DNA from: Paecilomyces variotii
Lineage: Eukaryota
Direction: 5' to 3' (one strand)
Assembly (NCBI GenBank): GCA_004022145.1
Contig: RCNU01000002.1
DNA length: 64,000 nt
A program made the position numbers and the translations under genes. The notes below the pieces were generated by a model, which worked only from the letters and a program-made list of their open reading frames with translations, had not been told where the DNA came from and made no database searches. Shown one piece after another: positions 1 to 12,688 of this stretch (its first letter is position 1; each line of letters begins with the position of its first letter).

Positions 1-317
1 CCGCATAACCAAAAGTAGCAGGCTAAGCCACAAGGTAGAGGCGGATGTGGACGGCAAAAGAAAAACCCGCGATCTAATCGGATCGATAACCAATAAAAAC
101 ATCATGGTGGCAAGATTTGCTGGTCACCGAATGAGGCTTTCTGCTAATGGATTCTCTGTGGACCTGCAATGATTAGTGATTTTATATGTCTAGATCCTCG
201 TCGAGATTGAGGAGGATCATTTTCAGTGCTGCTGGCAACATCGAATTTTGATGGCAATAATAATGTCGGCTTATCCAACACTCCAGAACAGCAGACGTAG
301 TCATTCAGTCTCTCCCT

Positions 318-1596
318 TCAGCTCTTTTCCTTGCGGGTTTTTGCCTTCTCGGGGATAGCAGGAGATTCAGATCTCAGTGCCTTCTGCATAGCTTCCTTAA
401 CCACATCCTCTTTGATGGCCACTTCCAGGAGAAGCTCATCGCGTTCCCAAATGAGCTCGACCGCAGCGGCCACCGGGCCAGCCAGCAGTGCAAGATTAAC
501 CAATTTCACTACCAAGGAAGTCCACCCGACCTTCCCCAGGATCTTCTTGTGCGCCGAAACATACATGCTGATCGCCCACAGCAGAACTCCTACGGAGCCA
601 ATCAGCCAGTCCCACTGCAAGAAGATGTGTACACCTTCAGTAACAGACTGAACACGAAGCGTGGAATATTTCCAAGGGAATGTCAGGCCAAAGACCGCAT
701 TGTGGTGCAACGCAGCCGCGTACTTCTCGCTAAAGAGGACGGGGACAAGGCTAGCAGATAGAGAAAGCACCACACTAGCGACGTAGGTGACGGATGCACT
801 GGCAAATGCAAAGAAGTATACTCTGCGGAAGGCTCGTCGCAGCACTATGGGAGAGTTGGCCTTCTCCTTGGATGCGAAGGGCGACAGCACCACATAGACG
901 GTGGTGAGCAGGACGGCAACGTAGATAGGCCATGGCTGCCAGATCGCAACGACGAGTTGCTTCTGGTCATAGGAAAGGAATTGCGGGGTTGGAAGGACCA
1001 TCAGTAAGGAAGGTACATGATACGCAATGAGGAAAACGAGCGGGATCGCATTAAGAATCACTGGCGGAACAGCGATCGCGCGAGCAGAAGGTGCTCCGAC
1101 AATTGGAGACAGCCACAGTTGAAAAGAAAAATACAATGGCGTTGCGAAGGCGTATGTGGCCAGTTGAGCAAGAACGCCATCAATTGACGAACTGTATTTT
1201 CCTCTCCCGTTAGACAGGGCCATGTTGATCCACAGAGGCATAATGGGAGGCTTACAGAGATATTATTGACCAGCTGTTAGCGTTTCTCCATGACTCCAGA
1301 ACAACCAGGACCCAGGCAGCGCCCAGAGAGCCTGAAAAGTTGATTGCCTGCAGGGTCAAGGACGGGTTGCTGCCATCGAATACAGTCCAAAAGAATGCCC
1401 CCAGGAGAGTCAAGGTACTGTCAACAGCTTCTATACCCGCATAGATCGTCCTTAAAGGCTCCTTTGTGCCCGGCAGTGTCTTGGCGAGTATCGACTGGTC
1501 AACAAGCTCAAAGAGGCCATTGTCGCGTGAGAAAATCCATATCGCGTAGACGGCAAACGCGCTCAGGGCTGGCAGGATGTATTTTACAATTCTCAT
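318..1596 (-). CDS. Multi-pass membrane protein, CtvD/AurD-like (putative membrane hydrolase/cyclase family)
   Basis: Two ORFs joined in frame by a GT-AG intron (1255..1192, branch CTAAC). Motifs LRTIYAGIEAVDSTLTLLGAFFWTVFDG, LVVLESWR, QLATYAFATPLY, WQPWPIY and FLQWDW plus many hydrophobic segments resemble CtvD-type proteins (from memory). Confidence 0.6.
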
Positions 1597-2210
1597 GGTG
1601 CAACCGTGCTATCGCTGGTGGTCTATCCCAGGAAGTTGGAACAAGCTTTAGAGGATGATATTCCAGTTTCCAGCACAGCTTAACTCTGCATCCAATTCGA
1701 CGGGTCTTGGAGTTGAAACACGCTGCCAATTAAGTATGTGGGCGCAGAATTGTTTGGGTACAGCCACGGTGAAATCCTTTATCATTTCTCCATGTGATGC
1801 GTCTGCAGCTAAGATCGGGCCGAGGTGTACTTAGAACAAGGCGGCAACTGTGATGATACTCTTCCGCCATTTTGCATGCGGACTGACTAAAGCCTTGCAG
1901 CCCATGATCTGGAGGACACTGGTTGAATGTCTCATTTGCTCGGCAATCGACTTCTTTCCATCCCATGTGAAGACTTCGATAGCGATATACGCGGTTCCCC
2001 TCGATTTCAATAAATTGATATATTAATTCGGTAATTTAATCGTCGTCGATACGCGGAAGGCGTTTACGCATATGGACTGGATTAGTACTTAGGTTACTGC
2101 AATGTAAAGCGGCATGTTCTCAGTTGTTAGTAATGATCTGACAGTTGTGGCTTTTTATTCAATGGCACAAACCCGTAGGGAGAATTGAAGTATTGTTTAC
2201 CACTGGTGGT

Positions 2211-2235
2211 TCTCTCTCTCTCTCTCTCTCTCTCT
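2211..2235. repeat. (TC)12 microsatellite
   Basis: Perfect tctctc... run read directly in the sequence. Confidence 0.95.
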
Positions 2236-3432
2236 ATACCCTACCTTGCTACTGCTGTATACTTTTGAGAAGTACCATATAGTTGACGAGTAGTTTCCCT
2301 GCTGATTGGTCGATAAGCGGTCCACAGGGTGAGGGTCTCATATTGTTTGATTTGATCTCCTTTCCATCCTGTTCGTTCAGTTGTGTTAGTTATAGATGGT
2401 CCAGGAACGCAAGAAACATGTGTAAGCAATTGCATGACCAAAGAAATGGAAGTAGGGTGTGTTCGGTCTGTTCAGTGATGGCGGCGAAACACAAGACGAC
2501 GCTGAATTAGCTGCCAGCTAAACAGAGCATTGTTCCGGTATCTTGGTCCTGTTATTCTCCGATGCGTCCCCGGACTGGACCATCCTGGCTAAGGAACAAA
2601 GAGGCTCATAGATAAGGCGCAGTGATCCTTCTTAATCGGTTCTCTGCAGGGTCCCTGGAACTGTTCTGTACTGGTGCCCAGCTCGATAACGAACCTCCAC
2701 GATCGACAGCTTTCCTGGAGGTAAGTAAGCTCCGGTTTGGGGGTGAGATATGTGAGCGTTGCCCAAACAGGCGTTAGCAAGAGACAACGAGCGCATCCTA
2801 GTGGCGAGTGACAGCAGCTAAGACGGCTCTAGATTAGAGAGATGGAGATTAGTGTCGCCTGTGGGAGACTTGGACGACGACAGCAGAATGCGGTCAACGA
2901 TCAGCACGTCCGGTACGGATTCGTCCATCCCACGGTTCAGACGGACGAGGATTGGATGCTGGACCGGCCGTTCGACCATTTCCTATTGCGGCGTCAGAAT
3001 AATTAATAACCAGAAGGGAAAGCAGAAAAGAAATCGTAGTGGCGCCCGCCAGAAAAACTTGTGCGCCGTGGGAAACTCGGCGCCTGACAGGCGACGCTCC
3101 GCGGTGCGCAGAACTTTGGCGTCCGAAGTCCCGTTCGAGCTCCGCGAAAGAAAGTCTCCCGCTGCAACCCAGAGATCTCCAGCTCTTAAGCTCTCAAGCT
3201 ACTTACCACAAGCTCTAACCAGCAAGCTCTGCGGCTCTAAGTCAGAACTGAAACGGACGACTCTCGAGCTTCACCTGGATTTCGTCTTGATGGTCCAACC
3301 GTGACGTCTCGAAAGTCGCTTCATCGCATGTCATCGATCGGCCTGCCAGCGCGCACGACTTCACCGCGAGAGGGCATATAAAGCAGTCTGCCCGTGTGCC
3401 CCTCCGTCCCTGGTTCCTTACTCCTGCAAACC

Positions 3433-4744
3433 ATGTACGCTGTCGAGCAAGACAGGTCCCATCCGGTTCTTACTCCACCACCACAGCTCTCTATGGATCG
3501 CATCCCTCCGCCGTCCTCAGCGTATCCTACGCCGGGGTCCGGGGGTCCGTTGCGATCGTCCGACCATCTCGCTCCGGTCTCGACGATACACGATGGCCGT
3601 ATCTGGTCTCTACAGGTGGTGCAACAGCCCATCCGGGCGCGCATGTGCGGTTTTGGCGACAAGGTCCGTTTCGAAGCAGACAGGGGTAGTTGGAATGGCG
3701 TTGGGAGCTCGACTAACGGAGATGCTGTAGGATCGAAGACCGATCACACCCCCGCCATGTATCCGTCTGATCGTTCGAGATGCGCAGACAGAGAAGGAGA
3801 TTGATATCAAGTAAGGAACATTCCGGGACATGACGCCGGTGGTTGTCTCCAGTGGGAATGGGAAATGGGAAACTAACAGGCCTTGTTCTCGCAGTGAGAT
3901 CGATACATCCTTCTACGTCCTCACGGTCGACTTGTGGAATGCAGAAGGCACACGAGAAGTGAACCTCGTCCGACACTCTGCGACATCACCCTCGATCTCG
4001 ACAGCGACCTCCTCTTCGTATCCTCCTCCGCCACAGAATATGTCACCCACCTATCCTCCGTACCCGCAAAATCCATACAGCCAGCCGATGGGCTATCCGC
4101 CTATGAACAGCTACTACCCGCAGAACGGACAGTTGACATATCAGAATCCTTACGGAGCCAACCCTCAGGCGGCCTACTATCCTCAATATTACCCTGGCGG
4201 CCATATGCCACCCGCAGGCCTGTCGCCTGCCACGGCACAGCAGCCAATGTCCGCTGGGCCTGGTGGCATGTTCACGCGAAACCTCATCGGCAGTCTCAGC
4301 GCCAGCGCCTTCCGTTTGACTGACCCGGACAACAAGATTGGCGTCTGGTTCATTTTGCAGGATCTCAGTGTGCGAACAGAGGGCACTTTCCGGTATGTCT
4401 GCCTTACAGCTACATTTGCAGTCCCCTTTAACTAGAACTTGTTACTTACGGAGGGAAAAAAAAAAATTAGACTGAAAATGAACTTCGCCAACGTCGGAAC
4501 GCAATCAGCAGATTCAAACGGCACGCCTGTGCTGAACCACGGCTCTGCCCCGGTTCTCGCGTCTGTCTTCTCTGAACCCTTCCAGGTTTTCTCCGCCAAG
4601 AAATTCCCTGGAGTCATTGAGAGCACGCCTCTGAGCAAGTGCTTCGCCCTGCAAGGCATCAAGATCCCCATCCGGAAAGACGGAGTGAAGGGGTCACGAG
4701 GACGGGGAGGCGATGGCGACGATGATGGGGACGATTACGATTAG
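3433..4744 (+). CDS. velB: Velvet complex subunit B
   Basis: Four exons: 3433-3663, 3731-3810, 3895-4392, 4471-4744. Protein MYAVEQ...[38 protein letters not shown]...[17 protein letters not shown]...[16 protein letters not shown]...[30 protein letters not shown] is the split velvet domain with the Pro/Gln/Tyr-rich insert typical of VelB. Confidence 0.97.
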
Positions 4745-6532
4745 GCTGGAGATGTTAGCTGCGGATGGGGATGTGAAATGACAATGGAAATGTGGAAAAC
4801 CACAAAAGCAGAGCCCGGTGGAGTCAACATGAGATATCCTTTTCATTTGCAGTGCGTCGGGGTTTCTTTTGGATTCGGGTTCATTTCGGGATCGGGGTTC
4901 GGCGGGTATTATTGTTGTTTCCCTTCTCTGGTCGGGTATGCAACGGACGGATTGTATTGCTACGAGTCGGGGCCTATGGTTTAATAGGGTGCTTTTTGTA
5001 CGGAGCAACGGTGGTTTATATACTTGGAAACGGAACGCATTTTTAGAACCAACCCTCTTCTGGTGGCCTCTGCAGGATCATCCTTGTATCGCGTCGACGT
5101 TTTATATATCCAGGCTTAACTATATCTTCGCTCTTATGGTTAGAACAGAAAAGGAGGCTCCTACCCTTACGGACCATGGAAAGAGCTTTCTAGGTACAGT
5201 AATCTCGCGAGGATACCCTGGTTCCAACGTCATGATGCCCCTGCGACGACAACTGGTTCTGGTTCTGTCGGGGCCACATCTTGGTCCGCAAGTTTTGATA
5301 CCGTGGGACGAGAGAGATGATGAAACAACAATGAGGTTGGCCATGATTTGCCTAGATGATCGTCGTGTTAAATAACTTAATTATCGCTATAGAGAAAGAT
5401 ACATGAAATATATCTCCGCAGCATAAAAACAACCTCCATGATCAGCCATATCACTTTAACACTACTCGTGCATACTTATCTATCAGTATCTACTTACACA
5501 GTACTAGAAACCCATCAACTACAGAACTAACACATACAATCCTCAATAATAATAAGCCAGCCCCTATCCGGAAAATCCTTCCCCAGACCTATTGCACCCA
5601 CCTCAAAGACACCACCCCCCTGCGCGCAGACTCAGAGAATGCTAATAACGTCGAATTATCCACATGTTCTACGGAGCGCTCTAGATTTTTGTGCCCGCGT
5701 GTTAAAGCAGATTTTTTTTTCTTCCACGGATGCGTTGGGAAGTTTACCCGCGGATATACTGTAAGTATGGGTATGGTAGGATCTGCGGTGCCGCATGCGG
5801 AAAGGACGGAATCTTTCTTGTTAAGGTCGGGTGATTTATGCGATGCCAACAATTATGATCTATCTATTTACTAGAGGAGGAGTATCAGATGGTAGTAATT
5901 ATTATCTTCGATTCGAACATGTCTGGGAGTTATAATGTAATGCCCCTGCCAAGACTTAATTCGAAAATTAATGTATAAAAAGTCTGATATGTATCCTGAT
6001 ATTCTGCCGAGCATCCGAGGGATTTCTGTATTGGGATATCAAGTATTATTATTATGATTAATTTATGCTAAGCAGCCCATTAAAAGCTTCATACTTAGTC
6101 CGTATTATATTATTATCTCCACTGTGGGGTGGCGCGGCGGTAATTACCCAATGTATTATTACAACGAGTATGTATGGCATTCTGGATATATATATATACC
6201 TTGGCAGTCAAGCATAAACAAGGTCGCACATGGCTGACACAGCTGATATCATACTGTCTCTAATACGATAGATCGAGAGATACATATACAGTACAGTCCA
6301 TTATGTGGCGTACTTCAGGCATCGGAAACTAGAACTGGCAATACGTAATGGCTACGTGCCTCAGGAGAACGAAAAGGAAGCGCATCCGAGATGCGGATTA
6401 GAGGTATAAAGAAAGTCGCAAATAAGAAGGAGAGAAGAGCAGGGGGGTTTAATTGGGGAGAATCTCATATTGTCTCGTGTATCTATCTTTTTCAGACGCC
6501 GGTAATTCCATCGGGACCCTATACTCGCTATC

Positions 6533-8804
6533 ATGAGGCCGATAGGGATATATGATTTTATCATCGTTGGCGGTTAGTACCATAAAGAATGAATATTTAT
6601 ATAGAGTAGTTATTTATTTTGTGCGATTGCTTATATACTCATGTGTGTTGCAGGTGGTACGGCTGGGCTTCTGGTTGCCGGTCGACTCGCTTCCAATCCA
6701 CGGGTCAAAGTACTTGTTATTGAAGCTGGAGCAGGGTAAATATTATCATCACACGTAGAGCCCGTACTGGCTAAGTGAAACAATATCTGACAGCAACTCT
6801 AGTGATCCAGAAAGTGTTGAGATGATAACTACACCCGCCCTGGCCTTCCATCTTCGCGAAACAGAATATGACTGGGCCTATGAAACTACATTGATTGACA
6901 AGCCTGGATACAAACGTGTGGAGGCAGCTAATACCCGCGGCAAAGTGCTTGGTGGAAGCAGCTGCTTGAATTATTATACTTGGTTGCGCGGCAGTGCCTC
7001 GACTTACGACGACTGGGTTGAGTTTGGCGGCGAAGCATGGAGCTGGAACAATTGCTCCCAGTCATTTATTACGGTGAGTTTATAACATCTTGCTTCTACT
7101 TTCCGAATTACTTTCCCTTCATCTTCAAAAAGTCATGCTATTTTCTCTGACAAAGCGATATATCGTAACAGCCTGTTACTTTCCATGACCGCCAAAGGAT
7201 ATTAGACAGTCCTCCTGTGAATGCTGCCGCGAATACAGAAGATTCACTACTCCAAATTGGCCCTGCAACTCCAATTCCTCTGGCAGAGCTACTCACGTCT
7301 GCATGGAAAAGCAGAGGGTACCCGGTCACGAATGATATATTCAATGGCAATGTGGATGGGATGACACATGTCATACGAACAATCCATAACGGCCAACGGT
7401 CGACGAGTAACTGTTTTATCAAGGGCTTACCGAACGTCGAGATCCTTTCAAAAAGTCATGCAGAACGTATTATTATCAAAGATGGTTCTGCCGAAGGAGT
7501 ATTGGTGCATACACCCCGAGGCCCGGAATACTATAAAGCGGACGCGGAGGTGGTTGTATCATGTGGAGTATTCGAGTCTCCCAAGTTGCTCATGCTATCC
7601 GGCGTCGGTCCACTTGATCACTTATCCTCGCACGGACTGCCTTGTATCGTCGACTCAGAACATGTCGGACAGCATCTGCAGGATCATCCCGTTGTGCCGC
7701 ATGTTTTTCAAGTCAAGGAGGAATATTCCATGGATAGGGTCTTGAGACCAGGGCCCGAACATGAACAGGCGCTGGAACTGTATCGGGAAACGAAGACTGG
7801 TCCGTTTTCAAGCGGGTTATTGGAAATGAGCGCTTTTGCAAGGATTGATCATAGACTGGAGACATGTAAGGAATGGAGACACGCTCGTGAAAGCGTTAGA
7901 GCAGATCCATTGGGGCCTGGAGGACAACCACATCTGGAGTTTGACTTCTTGGTAAGGATTCCCTTCTTTCCTTCCTTCAGTGCTTTTTGTTAACTATGAA
8001 CGAACTAACCTGGAAATACCTATCCAAGCCATGCTTTGCGCAACCATTCCAGCCACACATACCGTCTCCAGAAACTGGCGGTCATCTCACGGTCGTTGTA
8101 TCGCTTCTTCGACCACAATCCCGCGGAACAGTGAAGCTTCGATCAGGCAATGCCGCGGATCAGCCTGAGATATGTCTGAACTACCTCTCCGACCCAGTTG
8201 ATATTATTGGTCTTCGAGAAGGGATCCGATTCATCGATGAGGTCCTTCTGAAAGGCGACGAAACCAAAGACCTCATTATTGGAGAATATCCGAACTCCCT
8301 TCCCCGTGAATCCGATGAAGAAATGGATCGGGCCATTCACGAACGAGTTACAACTGGCTATCGTATGGTGCTATTTCATACATAATAATTACCAAACATT
8401 GCTAACTATGTCAACAGATCCATGTGGAACTTGCCGTATTGGGAAAACAATATCCCAAGGGGTGGTCGATCCCCATCTCCGTGTCCATGGTATCGATCGC
8501 CTGCGGGTGATTGACGCGTCGGTATTCCCTATTATTCCTGACGGTAGGATTCAAAATGCTGTATATATGGTTGCTGAGAAGGTGTGTTGGTCGTCGCTGA
8601 GAATGGAGTTGTATTGGCTGACATTGTCAGGGTGCGCACATGATCAAGCAAGATTATCAGCAATGGTGGCCACAACTACACCAGCCCTGGTCGCTCACAG
8701 GGACACTGAGAGGTTGCAAGGAGAGAGCTGAGAGGATATGGTCGTTATCATGGAAGATTGTAGGGGAGAATAGAGAGGTGTTGAGACAAGCTTGGAATGA
8801 ATAG
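6533..8804 (+). CDS. GMC oxidoreductase, formate-oxidase (FOD)-like, His/Arg active site
   Basis: Spliced gene of about 7 exons. Rossmann [62 protein letters not shown] (across an intron) and [27 protein letters not shown]. Collinear with Aspergillus oryzae formate oxidase as recalled. The last exon is read from the acceptor at 8630 to TAG 8804. Confidence 0.85.
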
Positions 8805-9195
8805 TAGGAATCGATATATTCTCTATTCTTGCAGTTTAATATGTAGATAGCATTGACTGAGAAGTGAGTCTCGTATATGTTCACTTAACGCTTGACATTT
8901 AAGTCTGGATATGATTTCTACATGTACATAAAACATGTCATGGCGGATTATCCAAGGATCAAATAGGCACGTCATGGTCCTTTGCCAGACTGTGCTTTTG
9001 AATTCACCAGCAGGTCCTCCAGAACATTGAAAACGAAAACAACAAATAGGAACCACGCGTAGTCATGCTATTCAATCCAAAAAAGATCCCGAAATTCTGT
9101 GCACCAACGCCTGTAAGGTAGTAACGCCTGGCCATAAATCGTATATACTATAAGTGGAAGAGGGCCACTGAAGAAGAATAATTCCCCTCTGGTGT

Positions 9196-11661
9196 TCATC
9201 CAATATAAGCCCCACCGGGCCCAAAGAAATTGTATGGCGGGTTCCCTGATCCGTTAATCGCATCATACAAGTCAAAGGCCGAGGGGGCGAAAGGAGATCT
9301 GTTATTGTACATATCGGCGTCAAGATCTGTCATGAACGCTGACATTTGAGTGGGTTCGGTGAGAACTGGCCAGGTACCCAGTGCTTCGCATGTTGGCACT
9401 GACACCTGGGTGATGTCCAGATTCGCTGCTGAGGAGGTTCCCGATTCTGGTGAGATGACATGCACATTCAGACCTGCTTTGAGTTCACCTATGAGGGCCT
9501 GTGGGAACACGTATTAGCTGAATTGACAAGCCTACGACTAGAAACAGGATTGTCGAAGGGACAGGACAAACCATCAGGATGTTTAAGCACTCCCGGAAGG
9601 GCTGGCTACTGCTGGTAATCTCAACCAGAACATTTGTCCCCTTTTCAGCAGCATCGAGTTTCTCATATGCTTTGGGATCTCGTCTGTTCGCTAATACGCT
9701 CATCAACAGCGTCATCACCGCCGTGAAAGTAACGGAAGGAAGAAACCAATAACAACCCGCAAGAAGACCTTGGGACTGTAACTGCACCGCAAGTGATACC
9801 TCTTGCATGGCCGCCTTGATGCATGCCATCGCACAGGCAAAGGAATGGATCTGCGAGCTATTCTCCCCGGAACTGGGTTTGCGAATATGATGCAAGAACG
9901 GAAGGTAGAGGGCCATTTGCACACGGCAATGCGCTATGAGGAGCAATATCTCGGCTCGTCTGAGGAGTAATTGAGCAAAATGCACAATAGTTCGAAACAG
10001 GATTGCAGCTTACCGTATATCATCATTCGGTACTCTCAGGTACTGCATGCGGCTAACTTCGGAAAACCAAGTTTCCAATTCCTTTTCGATGCTCAGTACC
10101 ACCTGGTAGTTGACCCGAAACGTGTTCTCGGATACGAAGGAATATTCGTCGACCGGGTAGATACACTTCAAGATCCGTTCCTGGATCATAGTAAGTCGAG
10201 TGTGTGCATTGGCAGCCGTCAATAATGCCTTTTCCTTAAGGAGGTTCTCTCGACTTTCTCGAGAATTGCTCCGCGATGAGAGATCGTCTTCCACTTCGCT
10301 GGGAAGATCCAGGTCCGTTATGTCCTCGTCCACTAGCCTCGGGAGACCGAGAATACAAGTCAGATAGACATCCAAGGTCCAAAGAGTCCAGAATGAACGC
10401 TTCAAAACTTCTTTGGCAATAGGGTCCTCCGTTCCTTCAATGCAGTGCGTCTCGCGCACTCGTCGCATCGCAGCAACACCAGCGCTGACAAAGTCGCGAC
10501 AGGTCAGAGCCATCGATCTCGACTGTAGGTAAATGGCGATAGTCAAAATCGCTTGTAGTGAGGAGATGTCTCTGCACACGGCGAAATCTAGTAATTGTCG
10601 AGCGAGTCTGAAATACTCCTCGCTGAACAGGGAAAAGAAAAGAATAAGAAATCAGCTATTTAGTTCATGATACATCGATCTTGGACAGTCAGCGCACCTT
10701 CGGTCTTCACCACCACTAAATAGCTCACCTAGCGCGCAAAGACTAATGAGAAGAGGCAGCTCCTTATCCTCAGTCACGCTTATTCCGTTTGCCGAGTCTT
10801 CGTAGAGTCGGTCGATGGCTCGATCGCAGGAGGGTCGATGAATGAACGTGAGAAGGCAGAATGCATTTTCCACAGCAATACTGACGAGCTCCTTTGCTCT
10901 GCTCTTCGTCGGTAGTACACCCGTGTCAGACATTATGCGGTTTCCCAGATGGAACGGAGAGATGGACCGATGCCACCCGAAGGCTTCCCGCAAATCCATC
11001 TGAAGCAATATTTGTTGTAGCGAGTTGGTGAGCATCTGACTGCAACGGTCTCTGATAGTACAGAGCAGGGCCAGACGTCCGCAATGGCTGTGGTAAGTAT
11101 TGCACCATGCTCCGCCTCCTTTCCGACACCCTCCTCGTTCAATCATTGTGTCCAGGAATATCCCGCGACCACCATCCCCATTTGCTAACGACCGGAGGGT
11201 TCCGCTGACTTCTTCGGTGCTCCATCGCGTGTTGCGAGTGACTTCCTCGAGCAGTTGTTCTGGGTTCTTCTCGCTGATCAGACGGTCCACGTCAATCGAG
11301 GGCCAGACGGTGCGGAAAATCGTCTTGAGGTAGAATAGTTGGGTTTCTAGATGTTCGATGTACTCTGGGCGCGAACGTCTCCTTGAAGATTCGTAATAGG
11401 AACAGTCTGCACGGGAGTACGCCTAGGTATTAGAAGAGAACAACAGCTGAACCTCGGAAAAGGGCAACAATTGGACTCACCGAGACCGCGTAGATCGCAT
11501 GGCCGGCACGGACTCTCACCATCGCACTTCCACTTCTTCAGTCGACACCGGTCGCATGCTCTTCTGACACGCTTCGCAACCGTTCGTTTTGCTTTGTCAG
11601 TGGGATCAAGGGCGGCGGATTGGTCTGCTGGCGTCGAGTCCTTCGATATCGCGCTCTGCAT
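9196..11661 (-). CDS. Zn(II)2Cys6 transcription factor with Fungal_trans domain, diverged Asg1-like
   Basis: CDRCRLKKWKCDGESPCRPCDLRGL-DC binuclear cluster. Middle-homology region RDISSLQA...KEVLKRSFWTLWTLDVYLTCILGLP and VQMALYLPFLH...SFACAMAC. Four GT-AG introns restore the frame. The start could lie further upstream (ATG 11792). Confidence 0.88.
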
Positions 11662-12688
11662 CTTCGTTTTAAAGAATTAGATATGTTTGCCAAGAAGATG
11701 ACGGTTGACAAGGGGAAGATCTTATGGCGGGGGCCGTTGTTCCAGCTATTATCCGCATTCTTGGGACAATTCTCGTTCACGTCACGGTCCATCTCTCCAA
11801 TAATGGTTACGCTAGGAGAACGATAACGGCGGCTTCCAACGACGCTACAGGGGCGCTATTCGAAGCCGATGCGGGTCTGGAGAGATACATTAGCCTGGAT
11901 GTTCATCTTCCTTGGCGTACGGGGTTTCGGCTTCCTTTAGAAAAAGCCCAGTGGACCGGCTAAACAGCAATTGCTATTGTCTATTGGACTGATTGAGCCT
12001 TGAGTTCGGACCTAAATCATCTTCACTTTCTTACCCCGCGCCACCGATTGTCATGGTTAAGTTTCAATATGATGAAATACGCGCGCGAGGAGTTCGCCTA
12101 GGTCTTGCTCTGGCATGGTTGAACCTGTATTGTGCATGGAGTATCATGGTCACTTGCAGAATCTCATCTTTCCCTATCGTTTTGGATTTGCTGCGGACGG
12201 AAATCGCGGAAGCAGGCTTGATTTTCCATGGCATTTGCTTCGGACAGGGAGAGCATCATGGCAGCGTTTCTGTTAGAATGTCATTATATGGAACGTCATA
12301 AATAATCTAACGTACTCTTCGCTTGTCTTAATTTGGTATACATGCATTTTAAGTATCCCTATTGAAGCTGAGTATCTTGGCGTAATTATCTCCCCTGAAA
12401 CTCGCGCTAACAATCGCAATGATCAAGTCAAGTATGTACTGGAACGACTTTCTGGGACCGAACTGCTTGCTTCTTGCGCCGTCATGTATGTACTCTGTTA
12501 CCGACACGCATTGGCTGCAAGAGGTACCCGCTAACAAGAATACAAACACAGGTCTACGGAGTAGGAACGCTCGAGAATCTGTCGAACGGGAACGGCCTTC
12601 CTATGTACTCCGTAGATATAATACGACCCACCTGGCGTATTGACTATGGATAGGCTAGGTCACATCGCGGCTGGCTTCTTGCTTGGAT

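Noticed and set aside
2852-3304. ORF containing RRTRIGCWTGR, resembling the start of a Zn2Cys6 domain
   Set aside because: The second Cys and the rest of the cluster are missing, it starts at GTG, and it lies in the velB promoter. Most likely chance.
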